Below, in pieces: positions 50,350 through 64,000 of a DNA stretch of 64,000 nucleotides (positions within the stretch are counted from its first letter, which is position 1; every line of letters starts with the position of its first letter). This DNA is from Lingula anatina (taxonomy: Eukaryota; Animalia; Brachiopoda): assembly GCA_051362555.1 (NCBI GenBank), contig CM120645.1, positions 9,052,001-9,116,000 on the forward strand, given 5' to 3'. A program made the position numbers and the translations under genes. The notes beneath the pieces were generated by a model. That model was given only the letters and a program-made list of their open reading frames with translations. It did no database searches and was not told where the DNA came from.

Positions 50350-50703
50350 TTAAGGGTCACAGGAAGCTGTATGAGCACCATGCCTCTCTTATCCCCCTCC
50401 TCCCCAGTTTCCGCCAGAGTGACTGTTTTAGCTGAGTCTTGTTTCCACCCCGTTTTCTGTTAAAGAGGCTCGGATCTGTGATGACTAGGTAGAAACCTGA
50501 AGCAGTCTTAACTTGAACCCCGTCTGAACAGGTTCAATGACGTGTTTTTGGACTGAAACAGTTTTAACTTATACCGTGCCGGAACGGATCAAATAATGTG
50601 TTTCGAAATTAAAACATAATTAGCTTGACTATTTATCTAGTTAAATAACATGTTATAGAACTGGGACAGTTTTAACTTATCTGAAGGGATTGAATAGTTT
50701 TAA

Positions 50704-51043
50704 AGGAATAAAAACTATTCGTGTGAGGTTCATATTTCTCAATAAAAACATTGTAAATGACTCATGGAAATATAATCAATTCCATTTTACCACCAAAACA
50801 GCAGTTATCACAAATATTCCGGAATCTATGCTTGCCATCTGCCCTTGTGGACCTCCCTAATAATCTCTAAAGAGATAATTACAAAAACAAGCTTTTTAAA
50901 AAACTTGGAGAAACATTGAATGTCGGAATGAATTCATTAACCATTAGTGAGAATAGGCAAAATCGGCATTCACCTCAGAAAAATCTTTTTTTTTTTTTTT
51001 TGAGGGGGGGGGGGGGTAAAATAGAATAGTTGCCCCTTTGCCT
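50704..51043. mobile_element. Second, diverged copy of the TTAA-target element
   Basis: Colinear similarity to 50029-50349 (caataaaaacattgt, ttttaccac, attcattaaccatt); TTAA flanks. Confidence 0.62.
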
Positions 51044-54010
51044 TTAAGAACCGGAACAGTTTTGCTTGAAGCGCCGTCTTAAGATTAAATAACGTATTTA
51101 AGAACTGAAATACATTCAACTTTAACCACGTATGAACATATTGAACAATGTGTTCATGAACCGAAATAGCTTTAACATGAACACTGTCTGAACAAATCAG
51201 ATAACAATGCAGAGGACGTATTGATATCAATCTGACCTAATGGGATTTTAAAACTGTGGATGACGACGTCGGATCCTGCCAGACTGAGTTGAAAGATGTT
51301 TCTCCACCAAAGCCCCGACACTCTAGGAAGTTACTAATGACTGAAGGCAAATTGGGGTTCAATTTCCTCTCAGCCCATTGTGTTCGCAACACACATAGTT
51401 TGTAAAAAATGGCTGTTTGATTCCGCTATGACGCAGGTTGCGTTATAAATAATCCCTCCCGGCCTGTAGTTTATTCTCTATTTGGAGTCACTGTGTCAAG
51501 AAAAGGAAAAGACAAGTGCATTTTGTGTTTTAATGAGGAAACGGTTAATCAGTGTCAAACATCAATGTTTCACAGCTATAATTTTTTTTTATTGAATACG
51601 TATGCTTATTGCCATTTCTATGCAAACGCTGAGCAGCATCAACGCTTCGGGAGGGGCAGAGACGTCCAAAAACGCTTTTAACCCTGTAGGGATCCTGCAC
51701 GGGAAACGGGAAAGTTGGTGAACACGTGCATGGGGGGGGGGGGGGTATCTTAGCGGGACTCATAATTAACACTCCACCGAATTCCTACAAAGGCCATCAG
51801 CTGTTCGGCTTTTTTATTGACATTACAGTCCAATGATACCATATAAGCCCCGATAACCAGCGCGATTTTGTCTGAAGTACATATTTTTCTAATGGCGATC
51901 GTTTAATAAACAACTCGATAACAAGCGATAATGTATTCATTGGAATCCGAGTGCCTATTAAGTTTCTGATAATGCTACAAGCAAATGCCGCATACTTATT
52001 ATGGACATCGGTGGCAGTTGGCATATTCGGAGAGGCCAATGTTATATGTTAAATTTCCTCTTGGCCCCCACATATATGTAATTAATATTTTGCTTTTTGG
52101 CTGTTTCAATCAGCATATTATATAGTGAACCACAGAAACCGCAGAATAATCCCTTCATTTGTTGAACGCAAAAATGCCAGGAAATCACAAGTTTGATTAC
52201 TTCCGGTCAATTCAAAGATTGACACTTAGTACTAGTACGTGTCTGCTGTCAGTAAATCACCGACTTTACTACAGTACGATAGACGGGGAAATTAAACCAA
52301 TGCGTTTTTATCAAACAGGTTATGGTCATTTGACTTCGGACAGTGACCACTCTCGTGCGAAAGCCTTTTCCCCTCGTCCTCTGACATCCGCACATTACCT
52401 TCCAGATTTTTGGCATGTTTAGTTAGTAAGTGAATGTTATGGTATTGCACATGAGGAGTGCCTTGGTCGTAATCAAATAATATAACAGACAAGCCCCAAG
52501 TTATTGTGGTCTGTGAAAGGGGCTGCTTAAGCTCGTCAGACGTAAAAGGTATGGATGATGAGTTAGGTAGTAATTACCTGAACAGATACAGGGAGGCGCC
52601 ACGATCGGCTGTATGGTCTCCCAAAGAAACAGATTAAAACACGTTTTGAATACCTATAATTTGTTTGTTTGTTTTGATAAGACTAAGTTACAAGGCATTT
52701 TCTCAAGATTTATGTTGGCATAGAATTGTTGGAATTCCAAAATGATTTTATTTGTTCCGTTGGAATTGATTATGAAACATTTTCATGGAATTAATGTTAA
52801 GATAAAACGATTGGTATTTTGGGGTTAACGTTACTCACATTCCTAGAAATTTGTTGCAGGATGTCTTTCGGCTGCTCTGCAATGTTCGCTGTATTCACTA
52901 GCTATACTGATACTTTTAAGTGTTAAAAAGTTCTGTTAAACACGCGTATGTGTCAGTGTGTGCGGAAATGATCGGGAAATGATTTTGTAACCTAGAGACA
53001 CACAAGTATGTGTAGCATAAATATTATTCGTTTTTCGTATCCAGTTGTCTTCAGTTCTGCGCAGTATCTGCTTCTTGTGGTGAAGTCAGGAAGGAACGGA
53101 AACCACAGCTTTCTTTACCATCACATCAAATCATTTCAAACATTGTCATAGTTAAAGTTGATCTAAAAGATGGCAATGCTGAATGTAACAATAAATAATG
53201 AGAATGTGGTATCGCCACATGTCTTATGTTGACTTATATGTTAAGCCAAACGTTCTGTAAAAAGAACGTGTTTTTTTTTTTTTTTTTTTTTATCTAATTG
53301 GTCGTCAAGCAAAAAGAAGAATACAAAAGACAGTGGAATAACTTAAGGAATGCTCCCAGTTACAAGAAAAGAAAAGAGAAAAAAATGAATACTCGTACAC
53401 TGATAAATTAAATACCATTTTTTTTATTGTGTACCTTTTCAAAATCACTGGAGCTTATCGATGGCACACAATCTAGTTCCAAGTCATTTTTGAAATGCAC
53501 ATTCAAAATTATTTAAAGAAATACATTTACGAAAAAAATTTCTTTTCGATTTGATCATACTCTTATTCCATTTCCAAGCACAATGTAATCAGTGACCGTC
53601 TCATCCTGAAGTAACCCAACCTTGCTGACCAATGTTAAGATATCGATGATGATAGTATCTCAATTTTCCCCTTTGAAACTCGGGGTAAACCACATACGAG
53701 TATATTGGTCGAAATCATCTCTATGAGAATGGAGCCTTCGGGAAAATGTGGACCGCTGCGGAATCGAAAGGCCAATTAATTGCTTTTTTCGTCCACATGA
53801 CCCACTCTTTGCCGATAATACCCCAATTAAAACGATTTGCTCTTCTTTGATCTGGAATGCAGAGATATTTGATACATGGTATTGATTCTGATAACAGCGT
53901 TAACTACCGTAGTCCGACCAGCAGGGAATTACGTTCATGTTCAACGCAAGGGACAGTCCGTGGCAAGGGATCGGAAACAGAAAGTTCATTACATTGCAGC
54001 TACCTTCTAA

Positions 54011-54366
54011 GAGTGCATTCCCATAGATTAAGATCGATCCATCTAGGTCGACATAACTCCCTGGGGGTTCACGCTAAATTGCTGTCAACCAAGCGCGCAC
54101 GGTACTTAATTACCCCCTTACAGCTTTTAGTAGGCGGGACAATTCGTGATTGATCAAGAATTGCAAGAACTGACTACGAATATATACGAATAGGTTAAGA
54201 ACTTCACGAACTGATTACGATTCAAACGCGAATCCAGAAATTTGTCAATTCCTGGCGAGTCATGGGATTTCTGTGTGAAATAGGGGCATAAGCCGGCTAA
54301 GCTGACAGTAATCTAGTGAGACTCCCCACAGGGATAGATCGATCTAAAATCTGTGGGAATGGGGTC
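54011..54366. mobile_element. MITE family A with a nested fragment of another Harbinger-like element (about 54141-54290)
   Basis: TAA TSD and family A ends. The insert is rich in ACGA(A/T) words and ends GTGTGAAATAGGGGCA-TAA. Confidence 0.8.
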
Positions 54367-57300
54367 TAAGACTCCGTTATACGACTGTCTTAAGCAAACG
54401 AAAAGCTTACATTTTTTTGCTTTCGTTACAAACTTTGATCTCGTTTTAATATTTTTCTTTTCGAAAAGCATGTATGATACCATTTATGCAGAAGAACAGT
54501 GGCTATACGAAGAACAAATCTAATTACTTAAAAGATTTCAATAAATCAATGGACAGTCTCTTCTGGAAGCCCATATACGAGAACTTCATAAATATCGCGT
54601 CTTTGTATATGACCCTTCACTTCGTGTGAGAAATAAATTCACTTTTTAAAAATAATCACCGAAGCGACTGGTTTAAAAATAGGCAATCCCAATCAACGAA
54701 AAGACCCCATGGGGATGGTGTTTAACTTGTTATCATTTGAACATTAAGTCTGTGAAAATCACCAGCCCTCTGCAGGTGCGAATGAATACAGTGCGTTTTA
54801 ATCGGCTATATAAGATCCCTGAGTTGTCAACGAGTTCTGTAGCGATCAGCTGAAAGTCGTGATCACCAGCGCTGTAAGGCGAGAATATCTGCCGGGGATA
54901 GCGGTTTAACCCCACCCAGGAGAGAGAAGCTCGCTTAATTTCACAGCAGCACAAAAATTACCCAGGGAGAGTGTATTCGCCCTCCTGTAGGACGTCTTTC
55001 AAGAGCAACAACAAGGTAATTTTTGTACAGTATGAAGTAGTGTAGTAGAAAACGAGGACTTGGACACATCAGGATGAGTAGGTGTGGATATAATAGACAG
55101 GTAAATCTGTTTGTAAGGTAATACACGTGTTGCCTTGAGAGATCAAAGGAAGACATTTTTGTATTTACAGCGCCTGTCTTTAACATCCGTCCGAGTCACA
55201 GGACGCGTAATTTTAGCCAAATATTGCATTTCACGTCTGGTCATCTATCTGTCATCTTATATCTTATGTTTACGAGAATAACGCAAAAGGTTTTTAATGA
55301 ACATTTCGTAGTTTAGGACTCAATTTGGGGTCGCTATTGACTTCGGTTTTACTTACAATCTATTGTGATGATATCTATTTCATCGAAAGGTTATTAAATG
55401 TCTATTTATTTACTCCCAACGTAGTAGACCTATATTGATTATTTGATTGGTTGACATCTTAGTACATACAAAAGGCGATGAATGGCAAACCAGAACGACT
55501 CAATTGATAACTTACATGCACATACAGATGCTCAAAAAGAAATATTAATTTACAAGGCAAAATGCATTGTAACGATCCACCGATCTACACATATCAATTT
55601 ATTTCCAAGACTGAAAAAAAAAACAGACTGGTTGAAAAAGGTGTCCTACAGAATGCGCAAAAAAAGAGAACCAACACACATACACACGCATTTATATATA
55701 CACAAGTATTTTTAATTTTGTACGCGGAACCACTTGTAGATTACCAGTGAACGAGCTGTTGTCTGAAATTCATGTTACAAGTTCCAAGGAAATTTCATTA
55801 GCGATATTAGCGACTGAATTGCTTGCGTTAATATAATCAAAATTAAACCAGTAGTAGTCCCCCCGTAGCTGTGTTTCATAATGTGTTTTTCAAAACAAGC
55901 AGACTGTCTGGATTCACACCTAGAACATGACGCCTTGATGAGTTCCGTTCTAGGAGAAAAAGTTACTGAAATATATCGCCGCTACATCATCAGTCATTTA
56001 TTATAAAAAGGGGGATTGACTTCTGTATATTCTTTCCTTCATGACTGCATTCATGCAATTGAAAAACGGTGCCAGTATATTTTAATATCTTATGTTTTGT
56101 CTTGATAAGTCTCTATAACTCCTATGGAATCTTACCACCCAAAATACATGTAGGCCCATATCTTGTAGCTGGGGCATTGTTTGAGTCATATGGTTTTAAC
56201 AGAGCTATCAAAAAGCGTTTATATCTTATGCCCAAACCAGTCCATTCTCTTTTGGAAAGGCTTAAAACACTCTTTTTAGACCTACCACGTTTGGACTTGA
56301 AGGTATAATTTGTTTGTGAAATATCACCATAGACACAATTTGAAAAATACCGGGTCTGGATTTTATGTCAGATATCATTAAAACATTTCTGTGAGAAATA
56401 TTTCAGATATCATAAACCTTACGGTTAGAAATAAGTAAATAGCACTTGACGTGTTTGTAAACGAGCTTTATGAATTTGAAAGTAATCTGTATTATTTTAA
56501 TTCTTTAAAAAAACCGGTTAAATAAAAAAATTCCATACAAATCTCTGTATCAGTGTGGTTGAGCATATGATCAATTTGAAGAAAATAGCCAAACACTAAA
56601 TGTTATCGGTACTTAGGCGATAAAGTTCTTTCCCCCTCAGCGCCAACCCCCCCCCCCCCCCTTACCTCCCCGACTCCATCACCTTCTACTACTTCTACTA
56701 CAGTATTCTCGGCACTGTAGATCTATAGATCGCAGAACCGCCCACGCTATCTTTCCAAGCCAGCCACATTCCCAATTCATCAGGTGTATTTCGTCTCCTT
56801 GGAAGTCCGCGCCTTTGTTGATGTACACAGGAAACGCTAGTGAGACTGATATGTGATCCAAAGCGACTTGTATCTGGTGAGCGTTATGAATGAAGGGCGT
56901 GTGAAGTTTTGTATCCAAAACGTTAACATATACGCCCATATCGGAAAAGCTAACAATAATTAAGTGCCGTGGTTTATAGTACTTATAGCACTTCTCAATA
57001 GAAAAGAGTCTAATTATAGATGGTGGAGTAACCGTGGCGGTTATTTTTGCATCGTTGCCGCCTGCAGGTGTAGTTTTCATACAAGCTGAGCAACTTCATG
57101 CGTGGCAGATATGTACGTGTCATGCGCACAGTGCATGTCTTTGGAGGCCAGAATGATGCCCTGACTGTACATAGTGTCATGAAAAGTGTAGATGCACACT
57201 TTATACATTGCACACCATCACTAATTTAATGAGGTATTAGTCTAAAACGAACATGTGCTTTTCTTCCTCTTCATCCTCTTTCTCTTATTGTACTGTCATC

Positions 57301-60300
57301 GATGATGCTATGATAGAGAGCAAATGCAGAGGAGGCCCGCGCTGGAATTAAGGCTTTCCGCAGCTGTCGGTCGTAAAAGAGGCGGATATATGACCACTGC
57401 TTTTACGAGAAAAACATTCAATTTCAGATACTTTAACTCGAAATAGTTTTCATAACAAATCTACGTTCGTTCTATAGAACATAATCTAAATTTGCACAGT
57501 TGAACAGCCAGGTTTAAGCTTACCGGCATTCCGTATATAATTTTCCGTCCATAGAGAAATGATAAAGTTTGTACCTTGTCGCGTTCGATTATTAAAAAGC
57601 AGGTTGGTTCAGTAACAGAATGCAAAATTTAGGATCATCATGGAAGATATTGTCTGCAGTTACGTAAATAGATCACACATAACGAGATGGGTTTGTCGAT
57701 TCATCTACGCAGTTTAGTTCTCATGAGATCGTCTGCGGGTGTGCGCGTGGACTCAATGCGCATGCTCCTTTTTCGGCGAAGTTTTTTTAATGAATTCCTT
57801 AACGTGTATAGAATAGAAATTGGCTTTATCAGACACCATTCATGTAACAGTCATGTACTTACAAACCAAACGTAGCATTGCATCTTCTGCTACTATAAAC
57901 ATGTTGATGAGTGATATATTAAGACTTGCTTGTTTCATTGTATTGTGAATTCAATAACATCTTTGCGTCGTCAAGTGCAGCTTTTTCCCCGTTGAGCGTT
58001 AAGTTTACGCTCAGTGATGTTTTTTTTAAATAATGTTGAGATAAACAGATAATTTCCTTTCATCAAACAGATAGCCCTCTCCTTAATACTTCATCTTTTT
58101 GCAGACAATGTGATTTTTCGAAAGCATACGGTCTAAAGTATAAACCCTGGCGAAAAGGGCAGAAAGAAGCACAATGCTCGTTGAGGACGCCATTGAGCCT
58201 ATTTCACAGAAACTCGAAAACTTTTTGGGCTTCGTTAAGTATGCTAAAATCAGACAGCAGACTGTGGTTATACTACTTTCCAATATTGTCCAATGTTCCT
58301 CTTGTACTTCCGGTCTCCAGGCAGTTGGTGGACAACATGCTCTGAAAGTCTGCTTCTATTTGTCACATGCACGTCACGTTAGACCGGCTACATTTTAATG
58401 TTAAAATATTTAAAATGCTTTTGTGACATATCAAATTCAGCTGATGATCGAAATATGGTGGAAATAATTCAAAAGATTCTACTGAGTTTAGTTTGAAACT
58501 TGAGAAAAGTCCTTTCGTTATACTATGATGTTCGATCGTAATGATAACTAGTCAGATCTTGTGCCTTTCTGCCACTGTTAGATACTGTTGGAAAAATATC
58601 AAATGGGGCAGTCGAAACTCAAAAACTTACCTGGAAAATGCCAATGGTAACAGCTAGTGTTTTGAATGAGTGAAAACTGGGAACTGACATAAGATTTGAA
58701 AGTAATCAATTTTAAAAAAGATTTTGTGCTGATAACTCCAATCGTATGCCTTTCACTTGCACATAAAATCTGCTGTCAACGAAAACAATAGGGCCTAAAA
58801 CGTAGTATTTTAGTTTTATTTGGTAGAAAAATGATCCTGCCCATGTCTAAGTGCAAGTCTACGGCATCTCGCAAAAAGAATATGATACTCAATATTTGTG
58901 GGAATCGCGCATGCTGCACGCGCATACACGTGCAAACACACAGATATATATACATATTCGAAATATTTCTACTTTGTCCAAGTACACAAATATCCAGGGG
59001 CCTATCGCGATGACAGGTTTGCATTTCCTTTCAACATCCGGAATAACACACGCCCTCACCCTCCCTCTACCACCGGAAAGTTCGATGACGAACGTTCCAG
59101 GAAGCGGAAGTGCTTTCACCTTTTGTGTTAAAAAACCTTGAAACTGATCGATACTGGCGGGAAATCGAGCATGAAGGTCCCACTGAATCAGTACAGTCCT
59201 CTCTTAGTTACCAGATACGATGTGATTCCGCCAGGGCCATGTATAACGCAATGCATCAGTTGGTAAGTCTGTTTCATGTCCTGATGGTATACACTTGTGA
59301 AGGCAGAGCATGGATTACAAAAGGCCAGGAGCAATTGAACAGCACATGGTCCTGGAACCGGATACTAGTTGCATCTTACGAACCGAGTGCAATCTAGAAC
59401 ATATTTCTAATCACTGTCATGTTGGTATAATAACGAGCGGAATTGAGGGAGTTCCGAAACGGAATACAGAGAATAATGTAACGAAATGATCATGCGAAAT
59501 TGACCGGCATGGTAAAACAGGGATTTGTTGTTGTCAATTTGGGAGGAGCTGTTACTTGTCGAGACAAAGCGTACTTAACTTCCCAAACAAATTAGAAGAT
59601 GTTCTTTTGATTGGACGCAACTTCCGTGTCTGTGTTAACGATTGTTTATGCTACTCGACGGGGCTGGCATACACATGCGTCTTCCTAAATAGCTCTTGAA
59701 CTTATCACAGCCAGCTCCAACAATTTATCAAATCGATGACAAATCATGAAATTAACTACAATATTTGTTATAATTACATATTGGCAAACCAGTATAACAT
59801 AATTACTTATCTGGTGGTGTTTGTATTTTGCTGTCTTTATTGTGATTAATAGGTACCTTCACTGCAAGCCGTATAATCCGTTTAGAAAAAAATCATATTA
59901 TCTTATTTTGTTCTGTGTTATTTGCACATTCATGATGCATGGCGCTTGCAGAAAGGCGTGAAAATTGCAGGACTCATTTTTTTCTTCATCTTTTACATTT
60001 TGTTCACCATATTTAAAAACCTAGGTATATTTGTCCAAAAAAGGGAAAAAACAAATAATCAGAGAAACACCTGCGTTAATCACATGACGTACATATATTT
60101 GTGATACAGCTACTAGTACATGACGCGATTGGCGTGTGTCTGACGTCAGTTCAGCCAAAATGTCCTCTGGCTATCTATCAACTTCATCTAATTACGGAAA
60201 AATGATCCCAATGGATGATTGGATGATGGTAATCAGACAAATGAGACATCTTTTGTTTAAGGGGGGGCAAGTTAGTGCACAGGAGTGGTCATGTTAATGT

Positions 60301-61877
60301 GATTCCATCATTGCTTTATTACAATAGTCTGACAAATACTTAAAGAATGACGATAAAAGTTTCGCACAAAAAAAAATTAAAACCGATATGCAACTTTTAT
60401 CCATGTATTTAGAGCGCTTTGGTAATTTTACACTATAGACTACACACAAGGTACGCTCTCTCTCTCTCTCTCTCTCTCTCGTGGGTGTAAGCATGTAGCA
60501 AGGAAAGTAAAAACGGAATACTTGCATGCAGGGGAAGTCAATGAAAGAAATAGGCCAACTGGAAAAAAATTACCATTGAGCAAAATAACCGCGTGGTCTT
60601 CAGTAGATACATGTATAACTATATCGTTATTTTGCCTTCAATATCCAATAGTTTTTGACAGGTTTGATTCTGATGATGATTGCCTTTGGGGGTCTCCAGC
60701 CTTTACCCAACTACGCACATTTCTCGATTCTGTTAATCTCTGTAATTTACAGATGCAATCTTGGCCTTTAATGAAGCCTATTGATTAGACCACTTCGTAC
60801 ACCCATATGTCCATCATGTACAGATAAACTATGATGTGGCATAGATCTGGAACACACTGTATTAATAATTTCGAGACTGCTCATGTTGGGATGGCCAACT
60901 GTCATCGGTAATGACATCAATAGGGCTAGAACATAGGATACAATTACTATTCCAACTGCACTACTTCCATTGTTTTTTTTTTTCTCTGTTTACTGAAAAT
61001 ATGTATTGAAAGCAATAGTGAGGTATTATTATTTGCAGTTCTTTTTTGATAAATGATTTCGTACACTTAATCCTACTAGCAGCATGATAATAATGCTCAT
61101 AAGGGCATAAGGTTATATTTAAAAATCTATTCTCATACCTTGCGTTTATTAATGGCCATAAGCCTTTCACCAACAATTTCGTATTGGATATATTTACTAT
61201 AAACATGACCTACAGATCTTCTCGCATCTTCTGGCGTTTGCCGCCAATACCAATTCAGACTCCCCCATCCTCTTCCTCCCCCCCCCCCCCAACCCCCAAC
61301 AACCCCCAACCGCCAAAATTCCTTGTGCTAAAAGGTTTGGACAACAAATTGCAGATAGCCGTGCAACCACACATAAAGGGGTTAAACTCCGTGATAATTA
61401 GAGGTGATTGTAGACCACCACCCAGGTCTTGACATCATTGCTCACGTACCCGGACAGTTATCAAATCATTTCACGCCTTTCACTGAATTATACCGTCACC
61501 GAAATCCAGGTAAACGTTCGTTATGATGTTGACTCTCAGCGTTAATTTGTACCCATTCACTGTTCATCAAGCTATTAGCGTACCGCAAACTGCCCATCTT
61601 TCATCATTGCCTCGAAGAGGCTATTATTCCCCAGAAAATAAACAAAACATCTCGGAAATTACCAGCTATTAATCGTGTAGAAACTAGATACGATCGTCTC
61701 TGGAGGCATGCGGTTGCCCGTAGTCGATAGCGTCTTCAGTCCTTTCTCAGTGAATTGTATCTAGATTAATGCAACAGGAAGTCAGTTGGTTAATAATTTA
61801 ACCTGTATTCATTAAGGTCATGTTAGGATAGTTAGCAGGTTGCAGTGGATTGCGACGAGCAGCTGGCTCGATACAAG

Positions 61878-61945
61878 AGCCAATAGGCGCGCGCCTTGGG
61901 CATTCCCAGCGTACGTCTGCGCGTGCTGCCTCCTGGTTATAAAAT
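61878..61945 (+). promoter_or_regulatory. CCAAT and TATA core promoter of the secreted-protein gene
   Basis: AGCCAATAG at about 61878-61886, CpG-rich patch, TATAAAA 61938-61944, about 200 bp before the ORF. Confidence 0.65.
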
Positions 61946-62144
61946 ACCGGCTGGTGATGCAACTCTGGCAGATAGTTTTTGAATCTGCAGCTTCTCGTTT
62001 ACTTTCACACACGTGTGCTTGGTTTCTTTTAGGTCGACGAGACAAAAACACGGAGTGAGCGCCGAACACAAACCAGAAACAGAGCGGACTTTATATTTTG
62101 CAAGAGGTTTACATCACATCTGCCTGCTGTTGAGTGTTTGAGAT

Positions 62145-63095
62145 ATGCCAGAATTAAGTTTGAACGTTAAAATGTTTCCACTTCTTATTCTGGCTATTTT
62201 ACCCATGTTTTCGACGGCGCGGCCGATGTACTCTGAGGAAACAGCTTCAGAGATGGAAAGAGAACCGTCCTTTCTACAATTTATGGTATCAGACTACCTG
62301 AGACATTTTAATACACCTGCCGCAGAACGCTTTTCGTCGCAAAGCGCGATGTTGACGAGCACAGAAACACCTGACATTAACTCTAAGGCACAAGGTACCC
62401 GGTTACAAGCCATCCTGTCAAATTTAGAGCAAGTGGAAAAGGGTGGTTCTTACAGAAAAAACGACGACGAGCAATATTCCGAGGCAGAGGGTTTTGAAAA
62501 AACATTTGACGGCGCTATGCAAAATGATGGAGATTTTGGCAGTTTTGGTAGTATTTCACCAAAGCATAGTGACAATGCCAACTTGAATGACTTCAGAACA
62601 AATTCTGTTCCGGATCAAAATTTTCGAACATCCTTTTTTCCTGATGATGTTGACGCTTTCAGAACGTCTTCATCCAGAAACGAAGTTCCTGCGGTGCACG
62701 ATGATTATCCGTATAAAAATCCTTCAAAACTCTCGACAAACAAATTTGCCTCTCCAGAGTCCGATTTTGGAGACTACTTTGAGCAATTCCGCCCTGAGCA
62801 AAATAATGCAAACGAAGGGCAATTCCACAGCGACCCTGATGACCTCGGATTTGGTTCATTTGGAAACTTTGCAGGGAGCTCAAGTGATAGTGACAGCAAG
62901 GGGGTCGACAGCGGTGCCTCTTCATTTGGCGGTTTTGGCTCATTTGCAAGCGATAATGGAATGCAAAGTACAAAATCAGCATCAACAGACAATGGCTTTT
63001 TTGGCGGCTTTGGTGGTGGTTCTTACGGTTCAAAGACAGTGGTAGAAGGCTCCGGAGCAACCCCTATGCAGCAAAATGGGTTTGTAGAAAACTCG
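62145..63095 (+). CDS. Uncharacterised secreted acidic G/F/S/D-rich protein, first coding exon (partial)
   Basis: 322-codon ORF; hydrophobic signal-like MFPLLILAILPMFSTA from ATG 62172 (the alternative start). Consensus donor TCG|GTGAGT at 63095 suggests continuation beyond this exon. No domain recognised. Confidence 0.75.
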
Positions 63096-64000
63096 GTGAG
63101 TATGCCATTGTGAGATCTTATTATCGCAGAATAAGAATTACCTGCAAAATTCAAAGGGTTTCCTCTATTTGATTACAGTTATGTGGAATCCATTTATCAC
63201 AAACTTGATACCTGAGATGCTAAGGTCCTAATGAGAATATGAATCTTGTGTCTGATAAAGCAATATATTTCCATTAGAAGTCTCCGTTTGATTATCTTTT
63301 TGGCTATTTTTTATATACTGTATAAAACAACTTTAACTTAACTGCCTATAAAAATCCAATTAGTAATCTTATTATAAATCGCGCTGAGCATGCAGATCAA
63401 ACTTTCATCTTTCACGACGTAAAATGCAAATGCGTCGAAAGGATTAAGTGGGTGACAATTAAACGTCCTAAATGAATGGTTAAATGTAGATAGCACAAAG
63501 CTGACTAGCCTGTTCGCTGATGCAAATGCCGATGGCATTCCGGAGAATAAATGTTATGACATTTTGCAATACAAAATTGCAATCTAGATATGCAATAACA
63601 TATCAACCATATTTCAAATGCCAAGATGCCTCCACTACTTCCGGATAAGAGCGTAGGTCTGTGAAATTTGAAGTGTTGCTTACTCTGCTAGTTTATAGAC
63701 AGTCTTTTTTTGTAGACAATGCTCCATACGCCTCGTTTCTACTTAATGCAATCAATTCTTTTCTGAAGTGACAAATTAATTCTCTCTCTCCTTCTCGATT
63801 GACCTTTCTCACATACTTGAGAAAGTGCAAAGAAATCGTTTGAAAACTAGAATTTCGACAACTTAATCCCTGTGGTATTTAATTAAGTTGTTCGCGAAAA
63901 GCTTCTTTAGTTTAGCATGAATAACAAGCATTTTCCTGTATATTTTCGAAGCGCTTTATTGACGAGGGTAAAATAAAATATAACTTGCAAGCTAGTAGCA

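Noticed and set aside
51680-51712. AACCCTGTAG, resembling the 5' end of miR-10/miR-100 family microRNAs
   Set aside because: Similarity ends after about 10 nt and I see no convincing precursor hairpin.
51000-61800. Numerous 60-133 aa ORFs in the long intergenic region
   Set aside because: No recognisable motifs, no consistent exon chain, and many use non-ATG starts; treated as chance ORFs, though small exons or lncRNA cannot be excluded.
62587-63060. Overlapping ORFs 62587-63045, 62659-63060 and 62774-62992
   Set aside because: Shadow frames of the 322-codon ORF; no independent signals.

Overview
AT-rich, intron-containing animal DNA; a marine invertebrate is likely (inference). No prokaryotic system, CRISPR array or RNA gene is supported. 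1-33.6 kb: a tandem array of six 15-hydroxyprostaglandin-dehydrogenase-like (HPGD, classical NAD-type SDR) genes on the minus strand, each with the 7-exon layout of human HPGD. Copy 1 runs off the window. Copy 3 is a young pseudogene (catalytic Tyr>Asn plus a 1-nt frameshift). 35.5-39.8 kb: a 5-exon ankyrin-repeat/SOCS-box gene (-), with an ornithine decarboxylase fragment just beyond its stop codon. 41.4-49.6 kb: a head-to-head optineurin/NEMO-family gene (+, 13 coding exons, about 868 aa) with a Kenny-type N-terminal LIR, UBAN and CCHC zinc finger. 62.1-63.1 kb: first coding exon of an unrecognised secreted, acidic, FG-rich protein behind a CCAAT/TATA promoter. Introns and spacers carry many non-autonomous DNA transposons: PIF/Harbinger-type MITEs, a 1.66-kb foldback made of two Tc1 3' halves, a 2.67-kb Academ-like element built of about 180-bp subrepeats, TTAA-type elements and a DIRS/Ngaro RT-RNaseH relic. 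Exon coordinates were read by eye from splice signals and reading phase.
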